64,000 bases of DNA from Promethearchaeota archaeon (GCA_019058445.1 JAHPZA010000010.1:384001-448000), one strand, 5' to 3'; shown: positions 41,250-51,787, numbered from the stretch's first letter. Notes: generated by a model from the sequence alone, not told the origin. Numbers and translations are program-made.

Positions 41250-41456
41250 ATGGAACAGTTGTCTAAAGAAGAACAGTTTATTATTGAAAAATTAAAGGAA
41301 AATGACGGGAGCTTAAATTATCGGAAATTGCAAGATTTATGTGCTGAAGAATTTGAAGGTGTAAGACTAATTTTAAAAAAATTAAAGGAAAAAGGTTTTG
41401 TTGATTATGAAGGCATTATTCCTGGTTTTTCAGCCGAAATTAAATTAATGAAATGA
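41250..41456 (+). CDS. Small winged-helix protein
   Basis: LSKEEQFIIEKL...VRLILKKLKEKGFV. Confidence 0.7.
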   Translation: MEQLSKEEQFIIEKLKENDGSLNYRKLQDLCAEEFEGVRLILKKLKEKGFVDYEGIIPGFSAEIKLMK

Positions 41457-41473
41457 TGTGAAATTTCTTCTAA

Positions 41474-41514
41474 AACCTTTTTTTAGTTTTTTTTTATCGA
41501 AAAACAATTAAAAA
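41474..41514 (+). promoter_or_regulatory. Shared promoter motif copy 2
   Basis: AACC-TTTTTTT-AGTT-N7-ATCGAAAA-ACAA-TTAAAAA. Confidence 0.65.
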
Positions 41515-41567
41515 GACTTTTGTTTGCTTAGAATTATAACTATATCAAAGTTTTAAGTGAGTATAAT

Positions 41568-42656
41568 TTGGATGTTTATAGAGCTTTGCAAGCACATTTA
41601 GATAAAATGCCTGTAGGATACCCTATGACCGAATCTGGTGTAGAGATTAGTCTATTAGAAAAATTATTTACACCAGAAGAAGCTGTAATTGCTACAAAAT
41701 TAAAGTTTTTTCCAGTAGAACTCAAAAAAATTCATCGTAGTCTAAAAAAGACTGAAATCAATCTAAATGTATTAAATAAAACACTAGAAAGAATGGTAAA
41801 AAAGGGACTAATTATGAAACGTGAAATCAATGACCAACCAAGCTATTCGAATATACCCTTCTTAATTGGAATTTGGGAGCTACAACTTGGAAGACTTACA
41901 GCTGAAGTTGCTAGTGATTCTTATCAATATTTCTATGAATCATATTTTGAGAAAGAATATAATAAAACAGGTATACCACAAATGCGTACAATTCCTATTG
42001 AAAAAGCCATAGACGATGACTCGACTGTTGCTACATATGATCAAGTTCGTACTTTAATAAATAATTCAGACTTAATAGCATTAGTAGATTGTATCTGTCG
42101 AGTTGGAAAAGATTTAATAGGAGAGCCCTGTAAAAGGACAAATTTAAGAGAGACTTGCATAATGCTTGGAACTTTTGCTAAAATGAGAATTCAAAATGGA
42201 CTAGCTAGAAAAATTACTAAAAAGGAAGCTTTTGAACTTCTTGAAAAGAGTGAAAAAGAAGGTTTAGTGCCCCAAACTTCAAACTCCCAGGATCCAATGG
42301 TTATTTGTAGTTGTTGTGGTTGTTGTTGCGAGGTTCTTTCTTCGCAGAATAAACTTGAAAACCCTGCTAAATTTTTCGCCACAAATTTTTATGCTGAAGT
42401 GAATTTAGATGATTGCATTGGATGTGGTACTTGTGCTGACCGGTGTAATATGAATGCCAGAATCCTTAAAAATAATAAATATGAAATCAATTTAGACAGA
42501 TGTATTGGATGTGGTGTATGTATTCCTACCTGTCCTCAAGATGCTACTAAACTTACTAAGAGGGGGAAAGATATAGTCCCACCAAAGAATACCATAGAGA
42601 CGTATACCGCAATAATGAATAAAAAAGCTGAATTGTCAAGAGCATCTAAACTATAA
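41568..42656 (+). CDS. 4Fe-4S dicluster protein with N-terminal HTH-like region
   Basis: FTPEEA, CICR, ICSCCGCCC and two CxxCxxCxxxC motifs. Confidence 0.85.
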   Translation: MDVYRALQAHLDKMPVGYPMTESGVEISLLEKLFTPEEAVIATKLKFFPVELKKIHRSLKKTEINLNVLNKTLERMVKKGLIMKREINDQPSYSNIPFLIGIWELQLGRLTAEVASDSYQYFYESYFEKEYNKTGIPQMRTIPIEKAIDDDSTVATYDQVRTLINNSDLIALVDCICRVGKDLIGEPCKRTNLRETCIMLGTFAKMRIQNGLARKITKKEAFELLEKSEKEGLVPQTSNSQDPMVICSCCGCCCEVLSSQNKLENPAKFFATNFYAEVNLDDCIGCGTCADRCNMNARILKNNKYEINLDRCIGCGVCIPTCPQDATKLTKRGKDIVPPKNTIETYTAIMNKKAELSRASKL

Positions 42657-42664
42657 CTAATTTC

Positions 42665-42705
42665 AACTTACTTTCAGTTTTTTTTCATCGAAAACTAATA
42701 TAAAT
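42665..42705 (+). promoter_or_regulatory. Shared promoter motif copy 3
   Basis: AACT-TACTTTC-AGTT-N7-ATCGAAAA-CTAA-TATAAA. Confidence 0.65.
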
Positions 42706-42766
42706 TAACATGGTATATCAATGATATATTATTATATTTAAAGACCAATAATTAGAGGCAACAATA

Positions 42767-43312
42767 ATGCTTCAAGATCAAGATATTTATGATGATAGGA
42801 AAAAAATTAAAGAAAAATATGAGATTCCTTTAGCCACACAGAGATTTTTACTTCAACTCTGTTGGGCTCGGCACGATGGACAGTGGTTTCTGAAATCCAA
42901 AAAAAAATATGGAATAAAAGAGGCTAATGAATTAAACCAAAATGTTATATACTCAATGGGAAAAATCGAAGCAAGGCATATCTTAGATGCTTTAGGCATA
43001 AAAAAGGGAGAAATTAGTACAATTCCAGAGGTATTTAAGATTATAAATACATTAATGGAAGTACTAATACCGAAGGTTATGAAATTCAGATTTTTTGCTC
43101 TTTCAGATCATGAAGGTGATGCTTTTGTGGATAAATGCTTTATATGGAAGGAAGTACAAAAATCAAAAGAACCTATCGAGTATGAATGCGCCTGTAATTT
43201 TAGACATAGAGGATGGTTAGATGCTATGGGTGTTAATGGCAAGATTGTAGCCTTGAAACGTTTTTCTAACGGAGATAATATGTGTAAATTTAAATTTATA
43301 CTAGAAAATTAG
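42767..43312 (+). CDS. DUF6125 / V4R-like protein
   Basis: WARHDGQWF, conserved Cys; paralog of 53084-53623. Confidence 0.7.
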   Translation: MLQDQDIYDDRKKIKEKYEIPLATQRFLLQLCWARHDGQWFLKSKKKYGIKEANELNQNVIYSMGKIEARHILDALGIKKGEISTIPEVFKIINTLMEVLIPKVMKFRFFALSDHEGDAFVDKCFIWKEVQKSKEPIEYECACNFRHRGWLDAMGVNGKIVALKRFSNGDNMCKFKFILEN

Positions 43313-43522
43313 AAGAATAATCTTTATTAAATCACTCAATTCTCTCAAATGGAATTTATTTTGCAAAAAGTTGAGGAACTACATAGATTGTTTTTAATGT
43401 AATCCATATATTTCTCAACTAAATTAGCAAAAAATTGCTGCATACGTTATAAAAATCAATAAAACTATATTACAATCTTGAACAAAAGAAGTATTTAAAA
43501 ATCATTATTATAAATTTAACTT

Positions 43523-44428
43523 ATGAAATTATATGAAACAATGAATGATCCTAAAAATGCAGTATGGGTATCGTTTCTGGTTATGGTTATATTTGGTTTT
43601 TTTATGGTTGTTCCACGGAACCTATCTATAGCTTTATTAGATATAATTGAATTGGACTTCTTGCTGGAATTAACCATATCCTTTATCATTCAATTCGTTT
43701 TTGCGGGATTTGCATGTCTGGTACTAATACCCTTACTGCTGGGTGTTCCCACTAAGGTCAAACCATATCGAACGTACCTCGAATCCATTCAATTAACCCA
43801 ATATAAACCAATTGGAAAACTTTTGTTTATTGGAATAACAGCAACTGTGTTTGTTCTATTTTTCTCCTTATTTTTAACAAGCATTACAGGGGACCTGAAT
43901 ATACATCCACAAAATGTGTTTGGACCACCTCTTCGAAATCCATCAGATCCTGAAAAGTCTATTTTGGGTTGGTTTGGATTCGTAATGTTTCTTACACCAG
44001 GAATATGGGAGGAAGTCTACGCAAGAGGGATCTTATTAACAATTTTATTAAGGAAATATCCCCAAGAGAAAGGAGAACACCACAAAGCAATTTTAATTGG
44101 GGGTGTTATATTTGGATTAACCCATATATTAGATATTCCAGGTCTAATTAGAGATCCTATTTTCATCTTACTACAAGTAGTATGGTCTTCAATAATTGGA
44201 ATAGCATTTGGATACTTGCGAGTAGCCACAAAAAGCCTGCTCCCATCAATTTTAATGCATTGGCTAATAGATTCATTTAATGCATATATTTCACCAGGGG
44301 GAAACCCACTTTTATTCCTAATCTTGTTTATGATAGGAATAATAATAGCTTCAGGATTAATCATTGTACTTGTATATCAAACGACTGATATCGGAAAACT
44401 AGAGAAAATAAAAAATGTCAATGGCTAG
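43523..44428 (+). CDS. CPBP (CAAX-protease-like) intramembrane metalloprotease
   Basis: EEVYARG, FGLTH, HWLID; multiple TMs. Confidence 0.9.
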   Translation: MKLYETMNDPKNAVWVSFLVMVIFGFFMVVPRNLSIALLDIIELDFLLELTISFIIQFVFAGFACLVLIPLLLGVPTKVKPYRTYLESIQLTQYKPIGKLLFIGITATVFVLFFSLFLTSITGDLNIHPQNVFGPPLRNPSDPEKSILGWFGFVMFLTPGIWEEVYARGILLTILLRKYPQEKGEHHKAILIGGVIFGLTHILDIPGLIRDPIFILLQVVWSSIIGIAFGYLRVATKSLLPSILMHWLIDSFNAYISPGGNPLLFLILFMIGIIIASGLIIVLVYQTTDIGKLEKIKNVNG

Positions 44429-44582
44429 ATTTCTTTCGAAATTTCTTATACCAAATATAAATCAAGAACTCAAGAGATACTCTATTAAAGATAGCTGTCC
44501 CGACGGCACAATATATTCCCGCTAGAGCACCTAAAATTAGATAAATCATCACTCTTTTAATATTTAATCCAAATTTCTCCAA
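44418..44582 (-). pseudogene. N-terminal remnant of a paralog of the 50307-50675 membrane gene
   Basis: MEKFGLNIKRVMIYLILGALAGIYC...EFLIYIWY, versus MEKIGIDIKRMIIALIIGAFFGAIC...EYLIYIWY; similarity ends abruptly. Confidence 0.75.
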
Positions 44583-44749
44583 AATTTATTTATCCTCTTT
44601 ACTTAGGAACTGTTTCCATATAAAATTATTATAATAAACTAAATATTTATGATATTTAAAATGGAACTTAAAGAATTGTTATTTATATCCTCTTTATTAA
44701 AAATTTAAAAATATATTCTCTTAAAAAAAAAAAAAAATAGATTTATTGA

Positions 44750-45367
44750 TTAAATAACAAATTCAAAAAGTAAGCTAATTGCGATAAATATCACAGCTAT
44801 AATGGCTGCCTTTTTACTTTCTAATTCATGTATGTATTTTGAGATTAAAAAAACGTAGATTGTAAATAGAATGGCTAAAATTATACTAAATACAAGCATA
44901 ATTGGATTTCCAATCAAAACCGTAAACATCTGTTGATAAAATGTACTACTTGAGATTTTTGTAGATACAGGCTTGAATGATAGCGCAGAAATTAATACTC
45001 CGATATAATAAATTACTTGGAAAATACATACATACCCAAAAGCGGATGCGATTTGTTTAATGCTCCCAGATCCTTTAAAAATTTTCCCTAAAATCCATAT
45101 AATTATCGCATTGAAAATGAAAACCCAAAGAAACCCTATAATCAATGTGATGATTATAACGATGAACACTATATAGCTAGCCTGGGGAAAATCAGTAATT
45201 GTTATTTTTGATAATAATATAGCTGCTATAATGATACATTCGAGTAAAACGCCAAAAAAACTAATCAGTAAACCTTTAAACTCTGGACTCTCTTTAATCT
45301 CACCTAATGTTTCATCTGGAGATGTAAAAATACCCTTCAATCTTTCTAATGGATTCATTATATTCAC
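44750..45367 (-). CDS. Yip1-domain membrane protein
   Basis: IFTSPDETL, LGKIFKGSGS...AFGY; five TMs. Confidence 0.75.
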   Translation of the reverse strand: MNIMNPLERLKGIFTSPDETLGEIKESPEFKGLLISFFGVLLECIIIAAILLSKITITDFPQASYIVFIVIIITLIIGFLWVFIFNAIIIWILGKIFKGSGSIKQIASAFGYVCIFQVIYYIGVLISALSFKPVSTKISSSTFYQQMFTVLIGNPIMLVFSIILAILFTIYVFLISKYIHELESKKAAIIAVIFIAISLLFEFVI

Positions 45368-45778
45368 TTATTACACAAGAAAAGATGATTTTTTTGGATT
45401 ATAGATATAAATTGTAAGAGTTCTAATAGTATTTCTTTTTTATACTTTTGTAAAATATCTCGCAAATGTAAAGCTTTCTATTTAAACTAATAAAGAGTTT
45501 ATTTTGATAGAATAAAGTTTAAAAACTCATTTGCTTGCTTAACATTGTTACAATTTTATAATTACATATGGTTTTAATATAAGATAACTGTTGCAAATTC
45601 AAGTTCATATTAGAAAAGACTAATACTCATTTTAAATAATATTTAAAACAATAATCTCATTACATATTTGATAGGTAGATAGTAATAAGAAAAATACAGA
45701 AAATTCAATCACTGTTGACTTTAAAAAGTCCACGAATTTTTTATAAACACAACAAATACTGATTAACGACAAAAAGAT

Positions 45779-46249
45779 GTGATAAAAGAAATGGATTATA
45801 AGTTTAAAATTAAAGAGCTAAAATTTCAACCTACTTTAGCTGTTAGAACCCGGACCCCTGTTGAGAATTTGCCTCAGGAGATCGGAAATGCTTATAGGGC
45901 AATAATGCAATATTTAGGGGAATTAGGTGTAGAACCCGTTGGCATGCCTTTTGTTATTTATTTTAACTTAGATATGCAAGATTTAGATGTTGAAATCGGT
46001 TTTCCAGTTCCCAAGCAGTTTAAAGAAAAAGGAGCGATAAAGGCGAGTGAACTACCAAAAGGGAAAGTTGCTTCATGTATTCATATGGGTCCTTATGAGG
46101 AGATGAAACCTACCTATGATGCTCTTACAGAATGGGTTCAAAATAATGGTTATGACCCAACGGGCGTCACTATTGAATATTATTATAATGATCCTCATGA
46201 AGTGGCACCAGAAGAAATAATGACTGAGATTCAATTTCCTCTTAAATAA
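45779..46249 (+). CDS. GyrI-like small-molecule-binding protein
   Basis: HMGPYEEM..TY..L..W, EYYYND, TEIQFP. Confidence 0.85.
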   Translation: MIKEMDYKFKIKELKFQPTLAVRTRTPVENLPQEIGNAYRAIMQYLGELGVEPVGMPFVIYFNLDMQDLDVEIGFPVPKQFKEKGAIKASELPKGKVASCIHMGPYEEMKPTYDALTEWVQNNGYDPTGVTIEYYYNDPHEVAPEEIMTEIQFPLK

Positions 46250-46291
46250 AGAATAGTAAAATAAATTCTTATTCTTTTTATAATTTTAATT

Positions 46292-46390
46292 TCAAGAATC
46301 GGATGGAGCCAATATAGTAGAGATAAAATCGATTAAAGCTACAAAAATAATACCCATAATGAGATAATAAATTCCGCCATTAGCGAAAAT
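46292..46390 (-). pseudogene. C-terminal remnant of a paralog of the 50307-50675 membrane gene
   Basis: GIYYLIMGIIFVALIDFISTILAPSDS*, versus AISYLWAGIVYGIIIDVVATRFSKSD*. Confidence 0.55.
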
Positions 46391-46397
46391 CCTCCAT

Positions 46398-46661
46398 TTA
46401 TTCAGATAACTGTCTATTATTTTTTCTGATTTCTAAATAACAATTAAGTATTCCATACCCATTTAAAAATATATAACAAAAATTGATTATTGCTATGCTC
46501 AATACCCCAATTGAGAAGGTAAAAATTGAAACTAGAAATGAAATAATTATTGACATAATCAATCCAATAATCCTAAAACTCGGTTGACTTGCTCTTTTAC
46601 TAATAAAAAAGTAAAATGCGATAAATGATAATATAGTAAAAGCCCATTCAATTAATTCCAT
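46398..46661 (-). CDS. Small three-TM membrane protein
   Basis: Hydrophobic 87-aa ORF with AGGTGA RBS. Confidence 0.65.
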   Translation of the reverse strand: MELIEWAFTILSFIAFYFFISKRASQPSFRIIGLIMSIIISFLVSIFTFSIGVLSIAIINFCYIFLNGYGILNCYLEIRKNNRQLSE

Positions 46662-46692
46662 TATTTATTCACCTTAAAAATTGATTGATAGA

Positions 46693-46773
46693 TTTTCATG
46701 AAATTCGAATTCTGAGAAACCATCATGAAATATTATTATTGCATTCTATTTAAATGTTTTCATAAAATTCGAA
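46693..46773. promoter_or_regulatory. 17-bp repeat TTTTCAT(G/A)AAATTCGAA in a divergent promoter region (probable operator)
   Basis: Copies at 46693-46709 and 46757-46773, with a partial TCATGAAA between; core palindrome TTTCATGAAA. Confidence 0.55.
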
Positions 46774-46816
46774 CTAAAAAAATAAATAAGGGAAGTACTT
46801 ATATTTATCTTAAGAA

Positions 46817-47893
46817 ATGTCAGAAAGAAGCGAAAAATTATTCTTTGAGGGAAAGCTACGAGAGTATGAAAAAAAAATCATTGATTATTATATGGAACGG
46901 GTAACAATTTCAGGACAATCAGAAACTTTAGCATCTATTATCGGATATCTATCAATTTATGGAGGCTTAACCCAAACACAGTTAAAAAAATTAACTGGGT
47001 TTTCAAAATCTACGATCTCTACGGGATTATCCAACTTAATCAATGTCAGATACGTTAAAAAGAATAAAATAACTGGAAAAAGAGAATATAAATATTACTT
47101 ATCTTTTGATTCTCAAGGTTCTATTGATGATGCATTAGGTAGTGTGGAACCAGAGATAATGTTTTTTCAAAATACAATAAAGGAATTAGAAGAAAAACTT
47201 ACGGAAAAACATAAAGGATACGACCTTCTGTTGGAAAGATTAAATGAGATTGTAGATGTTTTTGAATTATATCAAACTTCTCTAAAAGATATAAAAGATC
47301 TAAATGAAATCGTTAAAATTGATTATGAACCACCAAAAGTGGAAAGATTAACTCCAAAAGCTATAGATTACCTATTAGAAGATTTTGATCCGGAAATAAG
47401 GAAATTTGAGAATGAAATTATTGATTTTTTTAAATATCAATCTGCATATTCCACTTTGACAGAATTTATGTTGATTATTTTTGTCTATTTTATTACGAGG
47501 AAGGTATTAACTCAAGCTAAAATAAAAGAACTTACAGGATTATCTGTGGGGAAAATATCCCAAGTGGTTAATGCCCTCATAAAAAAAGAGCATATTATCT
47601 CGCTTAATAAGAAAAAATATAAAGAATTAATTCCAAAAAAATTAGAACGACAGAAATTATATGCAATGATTTCAATTAGGAAATCATTTTTTCATTCAGG
47701 AATTAAATCTCTAAAAGAAATGTTAAAATGGGAAACGAAGTTCGCTTTAATAAAAGCGGAATTGAATAATAGGAGAGATGAGCTTGAAACACTGTACGGT
47801 TATCAAAAAATAAAGAAGAAAGTGAATGAACTTATTGATTTAATGCAAATTTACAAGAATGCGATTAAATTATTTTCAAAGTTATTGCAATAA
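46817..47893 (+). CDS. Tandem GbsR/MarR-like wHTH regulator (two fused modules)
   Basis: LTQTQLKKLTGFSKSTIS and LTQAKIKELTGLSVGKIS, each followed by a coiled coil. Confidence 0.75.
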   Translation: MSERSEKLFFEGKLREYEKKIIDYYMERVTISGQSETLASIIGYLSIYGGLTQTQLKKLTGFSKSTISTGLSNLINVRYVKKNKITGKREYKYYLSFDSQGSIDDALGSVEPEIMFFQNTIKELEEKLTEKHKGYDLLLERLNEIVDVFELYQTSLKDIKDLNEIVKIDYEPPKVERLTPKAIDYLLEDFDPEIRKFENEIIDFFKYQSAYSTLTEFMLIIFVYFITRKVLTQAKIKELTGLSVGKISQVVNALIKKEHIISLNKKKYKELIPKKLERQKLYAMISIRKSFFHSGIKSLKEMLKWETKFALIKAELNNRRDELETLYGYQKIKKKVNELIDLMQIYKNAIKLFSKLLQ

Positions 47894-47998
47894 ATCAAGA
47901 CTCTAAAAATAAAACAATAATCTTATAAAAATGAATTAATTTAACTCAAATTGTTTTTAAATTTGATGGATGTCTCCCATTTCTAATGCTATTATTTA

Positions 47999-48781
47999 TT
48001 ACTTTTTATTTAGAACTGCTTGAATTTGTTTCTTTAGTGTATGTTGATATAAGGTTCTTTCACCATTACACACAACACAATATGTTCCATATGGATAAAT
48101 ACCATTTTCTTGAGCATCCTTACAATTTTCAATCTTGATTATTTTCACTTTGTCACTGTGAGGCATTTCCTTAACTTCATCCACCAAGTCCACAACATAT
48201 GGGCATTGATCAGTATAAAAGATTGTAATGCCAGATTCATGATTTTTCAATTCTTCATTAGAGAGAGGTTGGAACTTAGGTTTAGGAGCGTCTATTGAAA
48301 ATCCTTTAGCATACAATCTGAAATAAGGTTCCATCTCATCTATTAATTCAAATCCTAATCGTTCATATAATTTTCGTTTTGGGAGCCAGCCTCCTTTATC
48401 TGCCGTCATTCCGACAACACCATACATTCCTGCTTCTTTGGCGTCATTAATCGCATATTCTAGAAGCTTGGACCCATACCCTTTTTGTTTATGCTTCCCC
48501 ACTACCCACAAACAATGGATAACCATCCAACCATCCGCCTGAATTCCCCGCCAATTATACTCCCCTGGAATGTATTCGATCATTCCACGTGAAGTTTCCT
48601 TATTTCCTTCCTTTACCATTAATAATTTATATTTTAATCCTTCTTTAAAGCGTTTTTTAATCCATTTGAGCTTGCTTTGATAACCATTAAATTTCTTCTT
48701 GGTTTTTTTGCAAAACATCTCCTGCTCATCAATATTTTTCTCATTAATATCTATTATTTTTGACATTCTTCTTAACCTCAA
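47999..48781 (-). CDS. YoaP-type GNAT acetyltransferase
   Basis: GMIEYIPGE..WR, IHCLWV...KGYG, C-terminal TDQCPY. Confidence 0.85.
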   Translation of the reverse strand: MRLRRMSKIIDINEKNIDEQEMFCKKTKKKFNGYQSKLKWIKKRFKEGLKYKLLMVKEGNKETSRGMIEYIPGEYNWRGIQADGWMVIHCLWVVGKHKQKGYGSKLLEYAINDAKEAGMYGVVGMTADKGGWLPKRKLYERLGFELIDEMEPYFRLYAKGFSIDAPKPKFQPLSNEELKNHESGITIFYTDQCPYVVDLVDEVKEMPHSDKVKIIKIENCKDAQENGIYPYGTYCVVCNGERTLYQHTLKKQIQAVLNKK

Positions 48782-48792
48782 TTATAATAGAG

Positions 48793-49254
48793 TTATATTT
48801 GCTTTCTCATTACTTCCTTGATTGTTTTATACCCTAAGGCAACCCAAGTATTCTTACCTTCTTTATTATTAGAATCTACCCTTAAATCGATTTTATTGAT
48901 TCCTTTTTTCTTAAGGGTTTCGATCAGCATTGCTTCCATAAGACACATAACACCCTTTCTACGATGTTGTGGTTCAACATATCCTTTCATCATATATGCA
49001 GTGCGGGTACTCTTTAATTCTGCTCCAGTAAATCCAATAATTTCCTTGCCCTTTACAGCAACTATGTGTATATAGCGTGGATTTAAAAATCTTCGTGTCA
49101 CATGCTTGAGATGATTTTCTACAGTCCATTCAAACGCACCTAAGTGAATTGTCAAAGCTCTTGTCATCTCTGCAATTCGGTATAAATTATTTTTCGTAGC
49201 TAATCTAACTTCCACGAGATCTTTATTTTGCTCAACTGCTTTCATATCTATCAT
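48793..49254 (-). CDS. GNAT acetyltransferase
   Basis: YVEPQHRRKGV, N...W..LGY. Confidence 0.85.
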   Translation of the reverse strand: MIDMKAVEQNKDLVEVRLATKNNLYRIAEMTRALTIHLGAFEWTVENHLKHVTRRFLNPRYIHIVAVKGKEIIGFTGAELKSTRTAYMMKGYVEPQHRRKGVMCLMEAMLIETLKKKGINKIDLRVDSNNKEGKNTWVALGYKTIKEVMRKQI

Positions 49255-49278
49255 TTTCCTACAATTTTCCAGTCAAAT

Positions 49279-49704
49279 TTATTTATTTTGAAATTTCTTA
49301 TTTAAAAGATATCCAATCATAACAGCTAAAACCAAGTTATTTATGTAAACCAAGATTCCGGGTAAAAAAGCACTAATTCCTAATTTTAGTATTAAGACAA
49401 CTACCAAAAAATCTAATAAAAAATTCATGATATACCAGTTAACTCCTGCGATTAATCCATATTTTGAATAATCATCTCTAAGACCTTTAAAGTACAAAAA
49501 TGCGAATAACGCAAAATTTAAACTCCAAACAGCGCCCAATACCGCATTAAACCATAAAATATCTATTATCGGTTCATTTTTAGTTACATCCCAAAGGAGG
49601 GTTGCGACTAATGCCGGAATAAACCAAATTAAAAAACCAAATAATATTGTTCTAATGATTTGATTTAACTGAATCTTATTTCTATCAATATTTTTTTCAC
49701 TCAT
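49279..49704 (-). CDS. Four-TM membrane protein
   Basis: Hydrophobic helices; AGGAGGT RBS. Confidence 0.75.
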   Translation of the reverse strand: MSEKNIDRNKIQLNQIIRTILFGFLIWFIPALVATLLWDVTKNEPIIDILWFNAVLGAVWSLNFALFAFLYFKGLRDDYSKYGLIAGVNWYIMNFLLDFLVVVLILKLGISAFLPGILVYINNLVLAVMIGYLLNKKFQNK

Positions 49705-49748
49705 TTTTCTTACCTCCTAAAAATAAAAAAAAATTTTAAATTTGTAAT

Positions 49749-50261
49749 TTATCCTTCTTCAAATTCCTGTGCAGCCCACCACTCTGCACCATCTTCATAC
49801 CAATCAGGCCAATCTTTTAGCCAAGGTGCTATATGAACATCTCGAACTCTGTCACAAATCGGAAAATAGGCTTTAAGATCAACAATAGGAGTGCCATCAA
49901 ACGCGTCAATATATGGAACTTTTACAAATCCCTCATCTTGATTGACTTCCATTATATTTACTGTAGTTATTGCGATAGGATTGGGACGATACTCTGCTCT
50001 TGTAGCAAATACTCCTGTAGTAGGAGAATCTTCTCCGTAAGGAGGTGTTGTTTCTACTACACTTCTTGCTTCTTTGTTATCATTTTTATCAGCCCACCAG
50101 AATACAATTACATGACTAAATTTATCTAATTCTTTTAGTCCTGCTCGGTATGGCTTTGCTATATCAATGAAATAGTTAGAATTCATTGGATCTACTCCTT
50201 CTACTCTAACATGACCTATTGGCTTTAAATTAATTACCTTTTGTGAACTATCCATACACAT
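49749..50261 (-). CDS. trmO: TrmO/TsaA (YaeB) family SAM-binding methyltransferase
   Basis: LKPIG, GVFATRAEYRPNPIA, IDAFDGTPIVDLK. Confidence 0.85.
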   Translation of the reverse strand: MCMDSSQKVINLKPIGHVRVEGVDPMNSNYFIDIAKPYRAGLKELDKFSHVIVFWWADKNDNKEARSVVETTPPYGEDSPTTGVFATRAEYRPNPIAITTVNIMEVNQDEGFVKVPYIDAFDGTPIVDLKAYFPICDRVRDVHIAPWLKDWPDWYEDGAEWWAAQEFEEG

Positions 50262-50306
50262 TATCCTCCAAAATTTTTACTTTATTCTTTAATTAAATCA
50301 AAAAAT

Positions 50307-50675
50307 TCAATCGGATTTAGAAAATCTCGTCGCAACGACATCAATTATTATTCCATACACAATACCAGCCCATAAATATGAAATTGCAGGCAAACCAGGA
50401 ATTATAACTAATATAACACTTATAATCGTTCCAAGAATTGCACCCCTAATGGCAGCATTACCATACTTGTTTTCAATGAATTTCATGTTTTCCGCATAGC
50501 CTATTATAAATCCTAAAATTAATCTATTATACCAAATATAAATTAAATATTCAATAGTTAGCCATTCTGCTGGAATAGGAGCTGTAGAAGTCGCCCATGC
50601 ACATATTGCTCCAAAAAATGCACCAATAATGAGCGCAATTATCATTCTTTTTATATCTATACCAATTTTTTCCAT
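50307..50675 (-). CDS. Four-TM membrane protein
   Basis: Gly-rich TM helices, WYNR..LG, RGAILG. Confidence 0.75.
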   Translation of the reverse strand: MEKIGIDIKRMIIALIIGAFFGAICAWATSTAPIPAEWLTIEYLIYIWYNRLILGFIIGYAENMKFIENKYGNAAIRGAILGTIISVILVIIPGLPAISYLWAGIVYGIIIDVVATRFSKSD

Positions 50676-50864
50676 ATCAAATTCCTTTATGTTGCTGTTT
50701 TTTCTTCTTTTAAACTATTTGATTGAATTAAAATTTAATGACTGTGATGAATAATGATGATTTAATATTTAATCTTTCCTATTTTTGTGGGAGTTTATTC
50801 ACTTTTTTTAGGAATATTTATATATGATTAATGCCATAATAGTATTATAGGAAGGTATATTTCG

Positions 50865-51401
50865 GTGAGAATTAAGATAGAACATAAAATTATTGAAAAA
50901 AAAAGTTTTATGTTTATTGGGTGTGTTTTTTACGGAGATCCGTTTCATTCTGCTAAGGAATGGACTATTGAAAATGAAATAGGTAAATTATGGGAGAGAT
51001 ATGGAGTATTACTTAAGAAATATTGGCGTTCATTAAGAAAATATTTTATAAATCCTAATATCAGTTATGAATTACATATAGAGCCTGAAGAGTATATTGA
51101 AACTAAAAATTATTATGTATTTACTGGAACAGAAATAAAAGAATATGAAGAGATGCCATTAGAAATGTTTGTCAAAATCCTTCCAACATCAAAATATCTT
51201 ATGTTTACAGCAAAAGCAATGGACTTTGACAGCGGAGAATATTATTTTAAAAATTGGTTACCGCAATCTAGCTATGAACAAGCATATCCCTATATAATTC
51301 AAGCCTATGATGCTCAACGTTTTAAAAGTCTCGAAGATAAAGAATCAGAAATTGACTGGTATATCCCAATAAAAAGTAAAAACTCGAGTGAAAAAAATTG
51401 A
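50865..51401 (+). CDS. GyrI-like effector-binding protein
   Basis: IGKLW, WLPQSSYE, EIDWYIPIK. Confidence 0.8.
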   Translation: MRIKIEHKIIEKKSFMFIGCVFYGDPFHSAKEWTIENEIGKLWERYGVLLKKYWRSLRKYFINPNISYELHIEPEEYIETKNYYVFTGTEIKEYEEMPLEMFVKILPTSKYLMFTAKAMDFDSGEYYFKNWLPQSSYEQAYPYIIQAYDAQRFKSLEDKESEIDWYIPIKSKNSSEKN

Positions 51402-51787
51402 TAGATGATAAATCATTGGATGATTTAAATAATGATTTAGGAGTTTGGTTTGAAGAGGTTTTATCTATAATAAAAGCTCTTGGAAATGATAACCGGCTGC
51501 AAGTGCTTTCTCTTCTACTAAGTAGCCAGCAGTCATTTCAATCGCTCATGAATTTTACAAATTTAAAAAAAACTGCCTTATCAAATCATCTGAATAAACT
51601 AATTGAAAATGGTTTAATTCTCAGAACGGATCACGGAGTATATAATATCACTTCAGATGGAATTTTATTTTTGAAGGCAATTTTAAATTCATATAAACAA
51701 TCAGATCATCAAAAAGAGCAAATAAGAACCTCAAGTGGATTAAAAATGTCAAACAAGTTTATTCAATCTTTTTTTAAGAAAAAGTAA
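51398..51787 (+). CDS. ArsR family wHTH regulator
   Basis: KALGNDNRLQVL...ALSNHLNKL...GVYNIT. Confidence 0.85.
   Translation: MIDDKSLDDLNNDLGVWFEEVLSIIKALGNDNRLQVLSLLLSSQQSFQSLMNFTNLKKTALSNHLNKLIENGLILRTDHGVYNITSDGILFLKAILNSYKQSDHQKEQIRTSSGLKMSNKFIQSFFKKK

Noticed and set aside
44723-44737. Long poly-A tracts (also near 60615-60629) as phase-variation switches
   Set aside because: Intergenic and just downstream of minus-strand genes, so better explained as oligo-T terminators
44750-45367. Yip1 protein as a specific eukaryotic trafficking signature
   Set aside because: Yip1-domain proteins are widespread in prokaryotes, and nothing here shows specific eukaryotic affinity
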